A stretch of DNA of 54,208 bases, taken from IMG/VR virus record IMGVR_UViG_3300029461_000002; one strand, written 5' to 3'. The notes below the pieces were generated by a model that was given only the letters and a program-made list of their open reading frames with translations, made no database searches and was not told the DNA's origin. The translations under genes and the position numbers were made by a program. The first letter of the stretch is position 1; every line of letters begins with the position of its first letter. This stretch comes from a virus. This document shows positions 41,716 to 50,812 of the stretch, one piece after another.

Positions 41716-42235
41716 TTGATCCTCCTTTCTCTAAAATATCCTTACAAGCCTTGCTATCGCACCTTACCGGTTTTTGATGGAAAGCGCACCAAGCGCCCCC
41801 GTTTGCGTCTTCATCCTCGATAAGTCGGCAATCACCGCATTTATCTGTTAGGTATTTCTTGTCAAGGTATCCTTCCTTGATAAGCCATTCAATCATATTC
41901 ACAACAGCATCTAAGACATTCTTTTTCATAACCTCATGCTTGCAGTCGTATCCCAGTTCTGTGTATTGGATGAACCAATACACGCTATCTTTTGTGATTT
42001 CCAAACTTAAATCGGGTCGGTTGCGTTGTGAAATCGTGGCAGGAAGCATATCTATCAATTTAGATAGAGACCAAGCCGGGAATGCCATATCTTGATCCAC
42101 ATGCTTTTCAACCCTGCCATATTCAAATGCGACCGGCAATTCAAACTCATCCAAATACATGTCCGCAGTCTCCGGTCTTATCCCGGCCTCTAATAGCCGG
42201 GATGATTGTTTTTTATTCGTGCAAATTTGATTCAT
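41708..42235 (-). CDS. Hypothetical protein
   Basis: 175-aa ORF with a Cys cluster near the C-terminus. Confidence 0.45.
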   Translation of the reverse strand: MNQICTNKKQSSRLLEAGIRPETADMYLDEFELPVAFEYGRVEKHVDQDMAFPAWSLSKLIDMLPATISQRNRPDLSLEITKDSVYWFIQYTELGYDCKHEVMKKNVLDAVVNMIEWLIKEGYLDKKYLTDKCGDCRLIEDEDANGGAWCAFHQKPVRCDSKACKDILEKGGSNA

Positions 42236-42241
42236 GATTGT

Positions 42242-42904
42242 TTATTTAATTAATTCAAACTCATAAGCTAAAACCCAAGGATTGGATTCCCACGTATATT
42301 TACCACAGACGCAATCTATCAATGAGGAAAAAGCCTCTAATGGGGTATCATATTCCTTGTACTGCCCATTAGGACAATTAGAGCGTGTAATTCCATGATG
42401 CCAATAATACCTTCCCCATTCACCGTCGGCGGATTTGTGCATAGTCATCGTTACTCCCTCATTCAAACAGTCCTCGTATGATATATCCTGTAATCTCTCA
42501 ACTTTGATATTAGTAATACGGATGTGGTGCGGCATGAGGTCTGCACGAGTAAACATCTTATTGAAATATCCGCTTCTTTTAGTCATTACGGGATAACCGT
42601 CTTCATCGAGTTCATAATCTGGAAAATTGCCGCATTGACTGTAACTTTGCGCTATGGCTACCTTTTCACCGATCTTGTATTTAGGTTTTAAAATGTAACA
42701 GTCAAAATCATCATCAATTCTCAACACGTCATCATCGTAATCATAAGACAACGCTCCTTCATGTTTCATGTAGTACTCATCACCCAGCAAGTCCAAGAAC
42801 ACTTTGTTTCTCGAGTAGTCTATTATTCTTCTCGTAAAGGTCTTACGACCGTCAAGTACGGCCTGTGTCAGACCGTACTTATCATTGAACATTATTTTCT
42901 TCAT
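42242..42904 (-). CDS. Hypothetical protein with ASCH/PUA-like N-terminus
   Basis: IMFNDKYGLTQAVLDGRKTFTRRI is an ASCH-like start. 220 aa. Confidence 0.4.
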   Translation of the reverse strand: MKKIMFNDKYGLTQAVLDGRKTFTRRIIDYSRNKVFLDLLGDEYYMKHEGALSYDYDDDVLRIDDDFDCYILKPKYKIGEKVAIAQSYSQCGNFPDYELDEDGYPVMTKRSGYFNKMFTRADLMPHHIRITNIKVERLQDISYEDCLNEGVTMTMHKSADGEWGRYYWHHGITRSNCPNGQYKEYDTPLEAFSSLIDCVCGKYTWESNPWVLAYEFELIK

Positions 42905-42907
42905 GCT

Positions 42908-43054
42908 TTATCCCTCATGAATAACTACGCACTCAATTTGTTCCTCAAACGTAACGTCCACTATATCGTAGGTATAGTCATCGGATGTTTTTATAATTAC
43001 CTCCGCTTCCGGGTCTTGCTCTTGGAGAAGAGCTATTAGTTCTTTATTTCTCAT
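42908..43054 (-). CDS. Hypothetical small acidic protein (48 aa)
   Basis: Own translation: MRNKELIALLQEQDPEAEVIIKTSDDYTYDIVDVTFEEQIECVVIHEG*. ATGA overlap with the upstream gene. Confidence 0.3.
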   Translation of the reverse strand: MRNKELIALLQEQDPEAEVIIKTSDDYTYDIVDVTFEEQIECVVIHEG

Positions 43055-43416
43055 GATTCACCTCCTTCCTTCAATTTAGCTATGAGTCCATCGGCAAAAG
43101 CTACGGCATATTCTGCTTGTGTTTTAAAAGAGCCTTCATAGACTTCTCTGCTTGAATTACTAAGAAACGCTGCCATCATTTCTTTTGCAATCTCATATCT
43201 GCGTTGTTCCCAATCAACGGCTTTATCCTCCGTCTTATCTATAACCTCTAGATCCTCTAGAGCGTTGAGTTCCTGTATGAGATCAAGCCCCTCGGAATCC
43301 ACATAGCGCACCCAATCCTTTTCAGGACAGGCTTCGGAAGATTTGAAGGCGATAACATCAACGATCTCCCCAGTCTTTCTTATTTTCGCTTTCATATCAA
43401 AACAATGTTTTCTCAA
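43051..43416 (-). CDS. Hypothetical protein
   Basis: 121-aa ORF. Confidence 0.4.
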   Translation of the reverse strand: MRKHCFDMKAKIRKTGEIVDVIAFKSSEACPEKDWVRYVDSEGLDLIQELNALEDLEVIDKTEDKAVDWEQRRYEIAKEMMAAFLSNSSREVYEGSFKTQAEYAVAFADGLIAKLKEGGES

Positions 43417-44206
43417 TCTCGTAATTGTAAACCAAAACCTCCGTACTCTCCCTTATCCGAGAGTGAACGGCCGTATGAGTGGTGACTTTTACTTCCTTAT
43501 GGTTCCATTTGTTTTCATTGACAAAGGAGCGTAAGGTGTCAGTCCAGTAATTGCTGAGAATGAATTTGCCATTGATCCTAGACAAAAGATCTAGCAGATC
43601 CGCAAGGTCATTCTCCCCATAACCATAATAATGACCTTGAACCGCCCCGGGATAAGGAGGATCAAGGTAAAATAACGTATCAACGCTATCCCTGTTCTTG
43701 ATAACTTTCAACGCGTCCCTACAGGAAATCTGCACCTCTGATAGGCGATCGTACAATTTATCGTTGAACTCCTCACGCTTATTCCTGAAAACCTTCCCGA
43801 AGTGTGTCCCGGCGGTACCGTTACAGAATTTCCATCCTCCATACAAGCTACCAGAATGGCACTCATTTGCCATGATCCATACGGCCCAAGCCTTGTCTAC
43901 ATCCGAGACCTCAGATCGTCCTCGATAAATGTTCCTAGCCCTAATGTAGTCAGACTCGGAGTGTAGCGATAACCGGATTCTCTCACGTAACTCCTTAAAT
44001 TTGGATGCGGACTGGCAGACCTTGAAAAAGTTTATCAACAAGTCGTTCTTGTCATTGATCACTTCTATGCCTGCTTTAGGCTTCGCAAAAAATACCGCTC
44101 CTCCTCCAAAGAATGGCTCGCAATATATCTTATGCCTAGGCATCATTGATACAATGCGTTCGGACAAGTTTTGCTTGCCTCCATAATATGTGATTGGTGT
44201 TCTCAT
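43397..44206 (-). CDS. dam: DNA adenine methyltransferase (Dam / D12 class)
   Basis: YYGGKQ, EPFFGGGAVFF (SAM-binding FxGxG) and DPPYPG (catalytic DPPY) motifs. Confidence 0.8.
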   Translation of the reverse strand: MRTPITYYGGKQNLSERIVSMMPRHKIYCEPFFGGGAVFFAKPKAGIEVINDKNDLLINFFKVCQSASKFKELRERIRLSLHSESDYIRARNIYRGRSEVSDVDKAWAVWIMANECHSGSLYGGWKFCNGTAGTHFGKVFRNKREEFNDKLYDRLSEVQISCRDALKVIKNRDSVDTLFYLDPPYPGAVQGHYYGYGENDLADLLDLLSRINGKFILSNYWTDTLRSFVNENKWNHKEVKVTTHTAVHSRIRESTEVLVYNYEIEKTLF

Positions 44207-44270
44207 GTAATTTTATATTCTTTCTTTGCTCTCATCATAGATGAATGCAGTTTTCAACTATGATGAATGA

Positions 44271-44507
44271 TTAAACCTTATTTGTTTTAGCGAACACCAC
44301 CGACTCGTGATCCGGCCTCAGATGGGCCATGCAAGCCTTGCTGTACTCGCAAAATCTCGCTCCATCGTCCCGGAAGACGCATCCCCTGCACGGGATCTTG
44401 TTCTGCCCGTTGTAATACGGGCTGTACTTTTCCACGATAATTTTCATGTCTCCTACCAACACGATCAAACCGGTAGGGGTGTTCTTCAGTCTGTTGATTA
44501 TTTCCAT
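44271..44507 (-). CDS. Hypothetical Cys-rich small protein
   Basis: 78-aa ORF containing CRGCVF...CEYSKAC. Confidence 0.4.
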   Translation of the reverse strand: MEIINRLKNTPTGLIVLVGDMKIIVEKYSPYYNGQNKIPCRGCVFRDDGARFCEYSKACMAHLRPDHESVVFAKTNKV

Positions 44508-44517
44508 GATTTGTTTT

Positions 44518-45873
44518 TTAAAATGGTTCTTCTTGTGATACTTCTTGGCTTATAGTGAACCCGCTATCATCATATTCCATAAAGTGAGTGGTCTTTGCTT
44601 CAAATTTCACGATAAACTTGGCTAATCCGATATTTCTTCCTTTCGCTATATCTATCATGGCTGTTCCTCCCACGGGATAATTCTGGAAAGGCTCAGGATA
44701 ATATTTTCCATAAAGCTCAGGCCTATAGATCAGCATGACAACATCGGCGGCCTCCGCTATTTGTCCGCTGGCTCTTAATCTTGCCAATGAGGGGGCCGGA
44801 TTCATTTGGTCCCTGTTTAGCTGGGACAAGGCGATGATCCATATGTCTAGTTCCTTGGCCAGATTCTTCAACCTACGAGCGGCCTCACCCATTTGTTGCT
44901 CGGTATTGCTACCTCTCATATTCACGGACAATATTTGCAGGTAATCCACTACCGCCCCAGATATGCCGTATTTGAGTTTCATCGTACGGATGGATGAAAG
45001 TATCGTGTCTATGTTAGAAGTGCTCCTGTCGTCAAAATAAACAGGCTTATCGTAGATCTTTCCTATTCCCATGTCGATACGGTTGAATTGCTCGGGCAAG
45101 AGTCTTGAATACATGATCTCGTTGGCGGGTATCCCAGACTCCATGGATATCATCCTAGCCGCTATCTGCTCTTTTTTCATTTCCATAGAGTAGAACGCTA
45201 TCCCATCACCATTCTTGGCGGCGGATAACGATAAGGCTACCGCTAGGGATGTTTTTCCAGAAGACGTATCTGCCGCTATGATTATGAGATCTGATCTCTG
45301 TAATCCCCCGCTACGCTTGTCTATTTCATGGAATCCGGTAGGCGTTCCTGTTAGCTGTTTGTCATCGGATGCGTTAAGCGCCATTTGCCTTGATACCTCC
45401 TTGATCGCTTCCCTAAGGGTAAATACGCTGTCTTTCGATGTCTGGAAAAGCCCCTTGAGCTTGTCCTCTGTATCCGATAACGTGTCAACGATATCGTCCG
45501 ACTCGGAGTAAGCCCTTGATATCAACTCCTCTCCGATATCAATAAATCTCCTTCTCTTCTCCTTGTCATGCAGTAGGGCGGCATGCTGGTAGATGTCGAA
45601 TGTCATGCATGTGGATACTTGGCTTAACCTTAGCATGTCCGTGGAAGGGTCTATTTTCATCATCTCGTTGGCTACGGCTATCATGTCCGGTCTATCTCCT
45701 CTGCCGTCTATGTTGGATATAGCCTCGAACATGGCCCTATGGAAAGGATCATAGAAACAAGAAGGGGATAATATATCCCTTACCTCATTCAATGCGTTTC
45801 TTTCCGTCATTATCGTCCCCAGCACGACTTTCTCGGCCTCCGTATCGTGGGGGACTACCCTGTTAATTTCCAT
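44518..45873 (-). CDS. dnaB: Replicative DNA helicase (DnaB family)
   Basis: N-terminal PHDTEAEKVVLGTIM, Walker A IIIAADTSSGKTSLAV, VDYLQIL, and IIALSQLNR are typical DnaB motifs. Confidence 0.85.
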   Translation of the reverse strand: MEINRVVPHDTEAEKVVLGTIMTERNALNEVRDILSPSCFYDPFHRAMFEAISNIDGRGDRPDMIAVANEMMKIDPSTDMLRLSQVSTCMTFDIYQHAALLHDKEKRRRFIDIGEELISRAYSESDDIVDTLSDTEDKLKGLFQTSKDSVFTLREAIKEVSRQMALNASDDKQLTGTPTGFHEIDKRSGGLQRSDLIIIAADTSSGKTSLAVALSLSAAKNGDGIAFYSMEMKKEQIAARMISMESGIPANEIMYSRLLPEQFNRIDMGIGKIYDKPVYFDDRSTSNIDTILSSIRTMKLKYGISGAVVDYLQILSVNMRGSNTEQQMGEAARRLKNLAKELDIWIIALSQLNRDQMNPAPSLARLRASGQIAEAADVVMLIYRPELYGKYYPEPFQNYPVGGTAMIDIAKGRNIGLAKFIVKFEAKTTHFMEYDDSGFTISQEVSQEEPF

Positions 45874-46909
45874 AATCTTTTTTCTTTACCTCCATTATCG
45901 TCTCAAAAATGCTATTCTTGAACTTTATGAGGCGATCGTCGTTGTTAATTTTCTTGACTATTTCCGTTAATTGCTTTCTGTTCATACGGTTTAGGATCTC
46001 TATCTCCTCGTCTGAAGGGAATATGGGCATCTCTAGTATCAGAGGAGCCTCCTTTTCCAGATATGAGTATAGATTAGTTTGCTTTATTGATGTTAGGGAT
46101 TTGAGATCCACTTTACCTCTAGCTTTTTTTACTTGGTTAGAAGGAAGATCCAAGGCGTTTATGAACGTCCTTTTCCAGTCTATATTAGAGCTTTTCGAGC
46201 TTTTTTTCTTCTTCCATCCTAATTCGGTGCTCCAGTAGTCTAAATACGCTTTCTTTAGCGACAATCGGATGTCTATGCCCGGATGCAGACTTTGGCGTTG
46301 AGCTATGAACTCGTCATCGTTAGATAAGGATTCATAGGCTTCTCTCAACCGATCGCAGTACACATCGAAGCTTTCTCTCCAATTATCCGTATTTTCATCT
46401 TCCTCTTCCTCTTCTCCTTCTTTTTCCCCCATACCCCCTATATTATCCTTAACTCTATTACTATCTATATTACCTATACCTATACCATAGGGGCTATCAA
46501 GCCCCTTTGAAGGGGCTACTAAGGGGCTACCAAGGGGCTTTTTAAAGAAATCTTCAATTGATTGGAAACCAAACAATTGCTTCATTTCCTCTAATCTTCT
46601 TATTATACCTCTATGCGCAGCGTTCTTAGAATTCAAGGGAAGGTTCTTTTGGTGCTTGATGAAATTACGTATATAAATATACTTACCGTCCACCGAATAA
46701 AGTAATCGTCCTTCAAGCTCCCTTAGGCCTCTTTCAACTTCTTGCTTACCTAGTACTAGATCAAAGCTGATCTTCTTCTCGTTTATTTCCATGAAGCCAG
46801 CTAGGTCGCAAAGGTCGCACAAGTACAAGAACAGAAGCTTGCTAGTCGCTTTCAGGTCGCAGAACCAGTTATCTGTCCATTTGTTCGTATCTGTATATCT
46901 ATATGCCAT
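45863..46909 (-). CDS. Putative replication initiator / helicase-loading protein
   Basis: 348 aa, overlaps the dnaB start by 11 nt. Winged-helix-like N-terminus and an acidic central linker. Inferred from position. Confidence 0.4.
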   Translation of the reverse strand: MAYRYTDTNKWTDNWFCDLKATSKLLFLYLCDLCDLAGFMEINEKKISFDLVLGKQEVERGLRELEGRLLYSVDGKYIYIRNFIKHQKNLPLNSKNAAHRGIIRRLEEMKQLFGFQSIEDFFKKPLGSPLVAPSKGLDSPYGIGIGNIDSNRVKDNIGGMGEKEGEEEEEDENTDNWRESFDVYCDRLREAYESLSNDDEFIAQRQSLHPGIDIRLSLKKAYLDYWSTELGWKKKKSSKSSNIDWKRTFINALDLPSNQVKKARGKVDLKSLTSIKQTNLYSYLEKEAPLILEMPIFPSDEEIEILNRMNRKQLTEIVKKINNDDRLIKFKNSIFETIMEVKKKDYGN

Positions 46910-46923
46910 GTTCTAGTGTTTTA

Positions 46924-47418
46924 TTAAAAAGGAATATCTTTGTCCTTTTCTCTAAAGTCTTTTCGTTTTCTTTCGTTTTCTTTATATAGTTTTTCTTTAG
47001 CTTTAATCCTTCTTTGGGTTAAGGCTAATATTTCGTTTTCTCTATGGAAATAGCTTCCGTCATTGCCCGTCACTTTTAATATTGCATCATCGTGCTCAAG
47101 ATATATCGATATATTTATATCCCATAGTAAAGAGGATATTTCAAATAAGGTTATTCCCATCTTCTGTAAGGATCTTATTGTTTCAAGTATATCGTTAAGC
47201 GCATTCTTATGTTCATCTTCATGACATTTTTCGCAAAGTGAAATCAATTGCCAGTCATCGTATTTCCATATTTTTTTATTTTGTTCGTATGCTAGATGAT
47301 GTACATGAAGCGTATTATCTGTATCTCCGCATATTTGGCAAGCGAAATTATCTCTGCTCAATATTTCTAACCTTCTTCTTTGCCATCTAGGGTCTTTTAT
47401 TTGTTCCTTATAATCCAT
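46924..47418 (-). CDS. HNH endonuclease-like protein
   Basis: CQICGDTDNTLHVHHLAYEQN...LCEKCHEDEH. Confidence 0.55.
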   Translation of the reverse strand: MDYKEQIKDPRWQRRRLEILSRDNFACQICGDTDNTLHVHHLAYEQNKKIWKYDDWQLISLCEKCHEDEHKNALNDILETIRSLQKMGITLFEISSLLWDINISIYLEHDDAILKVTGNDGSYFHRENEILALTQRRIKAKEKLYKENERKRKDFREKDKDIPF

Positions 47419-47429
47419 CGTGCCTTCCT

Positions 47430-47594
47430 TTAATATATTATCCCCCTGTTATACAACTCCTGCCTATATTGCTCCAACGCCTGAAGGCATCGTTCCTTGT
47501 CCATGTATCCCATTGGCATTATCCCGGCCAACCTTGCGTTGCATCGGTCTATGCCATATTTGAGATCCCTGTTTGACATTTTCTTTATATCCAT
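47430..47594 (-). CDS. Hypothetical small protein (54 aa)
   Basis: Own translation: MDIKKMSNRDLKYGIDRCNARLAGIMPMGYMDKERCLQALEQYRQELYNRGIIY*. Confidence 0.3.
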   Translation of the reverse strand: MDIKKMSNRDLKYGIDRCNARLAGIMPMGYMDKERCLQALEQYRQELYNRGIIY

Positions 47595-47676
47595 GATTAC
47601 TTAAATTTAAAGTGTACGATATACTCCCCGGTCGAAACCGGGGCTTTTAAAATCTTAATACGTGAGTAGGGTAGGG

Positions 47677-47934
47677 CTATTTTATAGTCCTCTTGATCTC
47701 GTCCATCAACCTCTCTGTTATCCTCTTGTCGTGCCACTCGTGCCATTCGGTGAATAGCCCCTTGGCGGCGATGAAGAAGAAACATGAGTTCTTTAGTTCC
47801 GTCTCTTGCGAGGACGTGATACGTGACCATCTGAGCTGTTCTTTCACGTGCTCCAATTCCTTGGAAAGCTGGTCGTTCTCCTTGGATAGGCGGTTGATCT
47901 TGATAGTTTGTTGACGTGCTGTTGGAGTGCTCAT
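47677..47934 (-). CDS. Hypothetical coiled-coil protein
   Basis: 85-aa ORF. Preferred over the overlapping frame 47597..47941 because it leaves the GC hairpin at about 47626-47643 intergenic. Confidence 0.35.
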   Translation of the reverse strand: MSTPTARQQTIKINRLSKENDQLSKELEHVKEQLRWSRITSSQETELKNSCFFFIAAKGLFTEWHEWHDKRITERLMDEIKRTIK

Positions 47935-48215
47935 AACGCACCTCCTTCCATCCCGGCTAAAATGAATGCGGACATCAATAAGATTAGTACCTTGACATAG
48001 CCGATAACGTCGTTCTTGTTATCGCACTCGAGCAAGCCGAATGACATGAAGGTTAATAGCTTGGCGATGGATCGCCATGATAGGAAGCTCGTTTCGTGAG
48101 CGGACGTGGTTGTGCAATTACTGTTGTTCGTTACACTCGCAATTTCATGTTCCTTGGTCATTTTGATGAAATTTGAGTTATATAAAGAAAGCCGCTGGCT
48201 CCCAACTCCGACCAA
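47931..48215 (-). CDS. Hypothetical membrane protein
   Basis: 94-aa ORF with C-terminal hydrophobic segments. Confidence 0.35.
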   Translation of the reverse strand: MVGVGSQRLSLYNSNFIKMTKEHEIASVTNNSNCTTTSAHETSFLSWRSIAKLLTFMSFGLLECDNKNDVIGYVKVLILLMSAFILAGMEGGAL

Positions 48216-48401
48216 GGAACACTACATTAGATAAACTGATGCAGCCAACAGGGAAACCAACGGCTTATATCTTTGCAGGTATAGCTGTAGTAACGACATA
48301 AAAAATGCCGCATACAAGTTTACTATGTAGTGATTCCTTGGTCTTGAATCACTGCAAAGATACAACTCAAATTCAAAATGCCAAACATATTGAAGTTTTT
48401 T

Positions 48402-48590
48402 TTAGAACCACGGGATATATCCCGGTGGCGTGTTGTCCTTGTCCTTGAATCTTTTTAGATGCTCTTCCACGTTCAATCCCTCCCTTACGAGGATGATCGT
48501 GTTCTTGTCAACCCTTACGGGTATCCTCTTGAATTTAGGCTCCGGGAGTATATCCCCGTTTGCCTTCGTGTTCGCTTTGATCGTTCTCAT
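48402..48590 (-). CDS. Hypothetical protein
   Basis: 62-aa ORF. Confidence 0.35.
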   Translation of the reverse strand: MRTIKANTKANGDILPEPKFKRIPVRVDKNTIILVREGLNVEEHLKRFKDKDNTPPGYIPWF

Positions 48591-48595
48591 ATAAG

Positions 48596-48748
48596 TTATC
48601 GTTTATAGTTGTCGCAATACCGGAGGGCGTTCGCTACCCTCCCGGTGTTCAATATCTCGCACCATACGGCCAGACCCTTGTGAGGCTTGCCGTGCACGCA
48701 ATCGGCGCATCTGATACGCTCGGGTTGCTTGGTAGGTTTCTTAGCCAT
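48596..48748 (-). CDS. Hypothetical small Cys-rich protein (50 aa)
   Basis: Own translation: MAKKPTKQPERIRCADCVHGKPHKGLAVWCEILNTGRVANALRYCDNYKR*. Overlaps the VRR-NUC stop by 8 nt. Confidence 0.3.
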   Translation of the reverse strand: MAKKPTKQPERIRCADCVHGKPHKGLAVWCEILNTGRVANALRYCDNYKR

Positions 48749-49091
48749 TCAAGTAGTCTTTTATAAGCACGATGAAATCGTCCAGCGATCGGCATATCTC
48801 ATATCTGTACCCTTGAGCCTCTACCGCCTTCTGGAATGCCTTCTGGCTGTCCTGTTGCCGGCCTTTTCTTGTCTTCATCTCGACGTACAGGCCATGATGG
48901 ACGTTATTCGGGACTGACAGGAACAGGTCTGCGACCCCGGCCAATGCCCCTTCCGCTTTAAGTATAGCCCCGGTTACCGTGTCCCTCCGTCCTCCGTTCG
49001 GGACGCTAAAGAAGCATCCGGCGTATCTCGGGTATTGGAGACGGAAGTATCTGACGCAAGCTTGCTGGGTCCGTGATTCGATGTTCCTCAT
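48741..49091 (-). CDS. VRR-NUC domain nuclease
   Basis: GVADLFLSVPNNVHHGLYVEMKTRKGRQQDSQKAFQKAVEAQGY fits the VRR-NUC D...E-x-K core. Confidence 0.65.
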   Translation of the reverse strand: MRNIESRTQQACVRYFRLQYPRYAGCFFSVPNGGRRDTVTGAILKAEGALAGVADLFLSVPNNVHHGLYVEMKTRKGRQQDSQKAFQKAVEAQGYRYEICRSLDDFIVLIKDYLNG

Positions 49092-49293
49092 TTGTATTTG
49101 TCGTCTATCAAGATTAATACAATAAAAATTATCGCTAGGATAGCGAATATGAACGTTATCACCCCGAAGGATAATAACAGGCTTTGAAAAATGTCACTCA
49201 TAATCGTAATTGTCAAAATCGTCCGGATCGTAATCCGGAATGTCGTTACCGAAATCCATGATTGTTATTTGTTGTTGGTGGTGGCAGCGGGAA

Positions 49294-49665
49294 TTATAAC
49301 ATTTTCCAAGTTCTTCCTTCCCATATATCAGAAATACAACTCCTGCTTACGTTAAATTTTTCTGCAAGGCGATAACATGAAATTTTACCTTTTGATTTCT
49401 TTATTTCTTTTGCTTCTTCTAATGTTATCTTCCTTAGTTTTGCAAGCGATTCTTCTTTTATGTGTGTACCAATCATGTGATTCCTTGAATGTTGACTTCT
49501 GCTTTGAACTTCTAAGTTCTCTATTCTATTATCATATTTATCTCCGTTTATATGGTGTACAACTTCATTTCTTGACAATTTACAACCAAGATGCTGTTCC
49601 ATTAAATACCTATGTAAATCATGCTTTTTGCCATTCACCTTTATAGCTTTGTATTTATAACTCAT
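49294..49665 (-). CDS. HNH homing-endonuclease-like protein
   Basis: VHHINGDKYDNRIENLEVQSRSQHSRNH (HNH_3 type) with a C-terminal HTH-like segment. Confidence 0.65.
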   Translation of the reverse strand: MSYKYKAIKVNGKKHDLHRYLMEQHLGCKLSRNEVVHHINGDKYDNRIENLEVQSRSQHSRNHMIGTHIKEESLAKLRKITLEEAKEIKKSKGKISCYRLAEKFNVSRSCISDIWEGRTWKML

Positions 49666-49693
49666 AATAAGAATATATTAAAAAGTTGAATTA

Positions 49694-49776
49694 GAGGCGA
49701 TAATCGGACTCGAACCGACATCAAGGGAAACCAATGAAGGGTGTGACAGCCGTTCTCGCATTATACCACTTACCGC
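49694..49776 (-). ncRNA. tRNA-like element / possible degenerate tRNA (83 nt, GTC-containing loop)
   Basis: On the minus strand: acceptor GGCGGTA/TATCGCC (7 bp, 1 G-U), T-arm GTCGG-TTCGAGT-CCGAT, and a CTGTCAC(A) loop resembling a tRNA-Asp anticodon loop. The anticodon stem needs an 8-nt loop or a C/C mismatch. I could not form a D-stem, and the variable region is 16 nt. Confidence 0.4.
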
Positions 49777-49860
49777 CCGAAATCCCCGCATATCCTCACG
49801 GGCGGCGGGGATAATCATTAACTAACCTAAATCAAATACTATGGAAAACTCACTCTAATA

Positions 49861-50442
49861 TTAATTAGCTTCTTGATTTAACGCCTCATTGTATAAAGGC
49901 ATGATTAATCCGATACTGCTTACGTCTTCTACCATGCTGTCAAAAATGATGGCATCGTTAACGCCCTTGAAAGTAGCCGTGCATCGATCGCATTCATATA
50001 AAGCTTTCCTCATTATGTCGAATAAGCCCATGTTAAAGGATATTTGAGGAAGCGGAACGCTGGGTTTTGCCAGATGATTTTGTATCACTTTCTCTGCGTC
50101 TGGATATTTTAAGTTCTCATCCGCGAAATAGAAGAACGCCTTGTCATTCTTCTTATGGCACTCTATTCCGTCATCAGAGATAAGGATGTCATCATATTTC
50201 AACATGTCCTTAAAAAATAGACTATGCAGCAATTTGCCGTCTAACGCCTGTATCATGGCTTCGTCAAGGTTTGAGCATTCGGATATCCTGTTTTTAACGA
50301 TAATATGTCCGTCACTGGCGTAGGCCCAATCTCCCTTGAAATACACGCATTCCATAGCGGGGCGGTTATCGTCCTTTGCGCAAGCCAAAAACATTTGTAC
50401 GTTCTTGTCAAAGTTGTAAGAACCTTCTTTTCTCTTTCCCAT
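49861..50442 (-). CDS. Hypothetical protein, possibly sliding-clamp-like
   Basis: DNRPAMECVYFKGDWAYASDGHIIV loosely resembles the DnaN TRYYLNGV...ATDGHRLA region. Weak. I prefer ATG 50442 over the track start 50517. Confidence 0.35.
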   Translation of the reverse strand: MGKRKEGSYNFDKNVQMFLACAKDDNRPAMECVYFKGDWAYASDGHIIVKNRISECSNLDEAMIQALDGKLLHSLFFKDMLKYDDILISDDGIECHKKNDKAFFYFADENLKYPDAEKVIQNHLAKPSVPLPQISFNMGLFDIMRKALYECDRCTATFKGVNDAIIFDSMVEDVSSIGLIMPLYNEALNQEAN

Positions 50443-50446
50443 ATCA

Positions 50447-50647
50447 TTAATATTTAATATTATATTTATTTCTTTCGTATTGTGGGATATACCCTTTGCA
50501 AGGAGTATTCCCGTCAAGTAAGGCCGATTCCGGCCTCACAGTTTCCCCTTCTTTTTTAGACGGGTCTGTCCAATGCCTCTGCCGTTGATGGCAAAGGCAA
50601 TGTCTTTTAGAACATGCCTCATTGAGGCAGAATATCAGTTCTTTCAT
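50447..50647 (-). CDS. Hypothetical Cys/His-rich small protein
   Basis: 66-aa ORF that ends 4 nt before the preferred start of the next gene. Confidence 0.3.
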   Translation of the reverse strand: MKELIFCLNEACSKRHCLCHQRQRHWTDPSKKEGETVRPESALLDGNTPCKGYIPQYERNKYNIKY

Positions 50648-50807
50648 CTTGGATTATTTTCTCGAGTTTCTTTAGATCCTTTTTGGCTAATCTTACGGTA
50701 TCAGCCATCCTTGGTCTTCCCTTGGAATCCACGTGTTCTAGGATAACTGATAGATGGCGGGACAGTGTTTTAATGAAAGACTCGGATAGCTGGTACCTTT
50801 TAACCAT
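50619..50807 (-). CDS. Hypothetical protein
   Basis: 62-aa ORF. Confidence 0.35.
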   Translation of the reverse strand: MVKRYQLSESFIKTLSRHLSVILEHVDSKGRPRMADTVRLAKKDLKKLEKIIQDERTDILPQ

Positions 50808-50812
50808 GGCCG

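Noticed and set aside
47597-47941. 114-aa alternative frame overlapping 47677..47934.
   Set aside because: It would run through the GC hairpin at about 47626-47643 and has a less protein-like composition. The call between the two frames remains uncertain.
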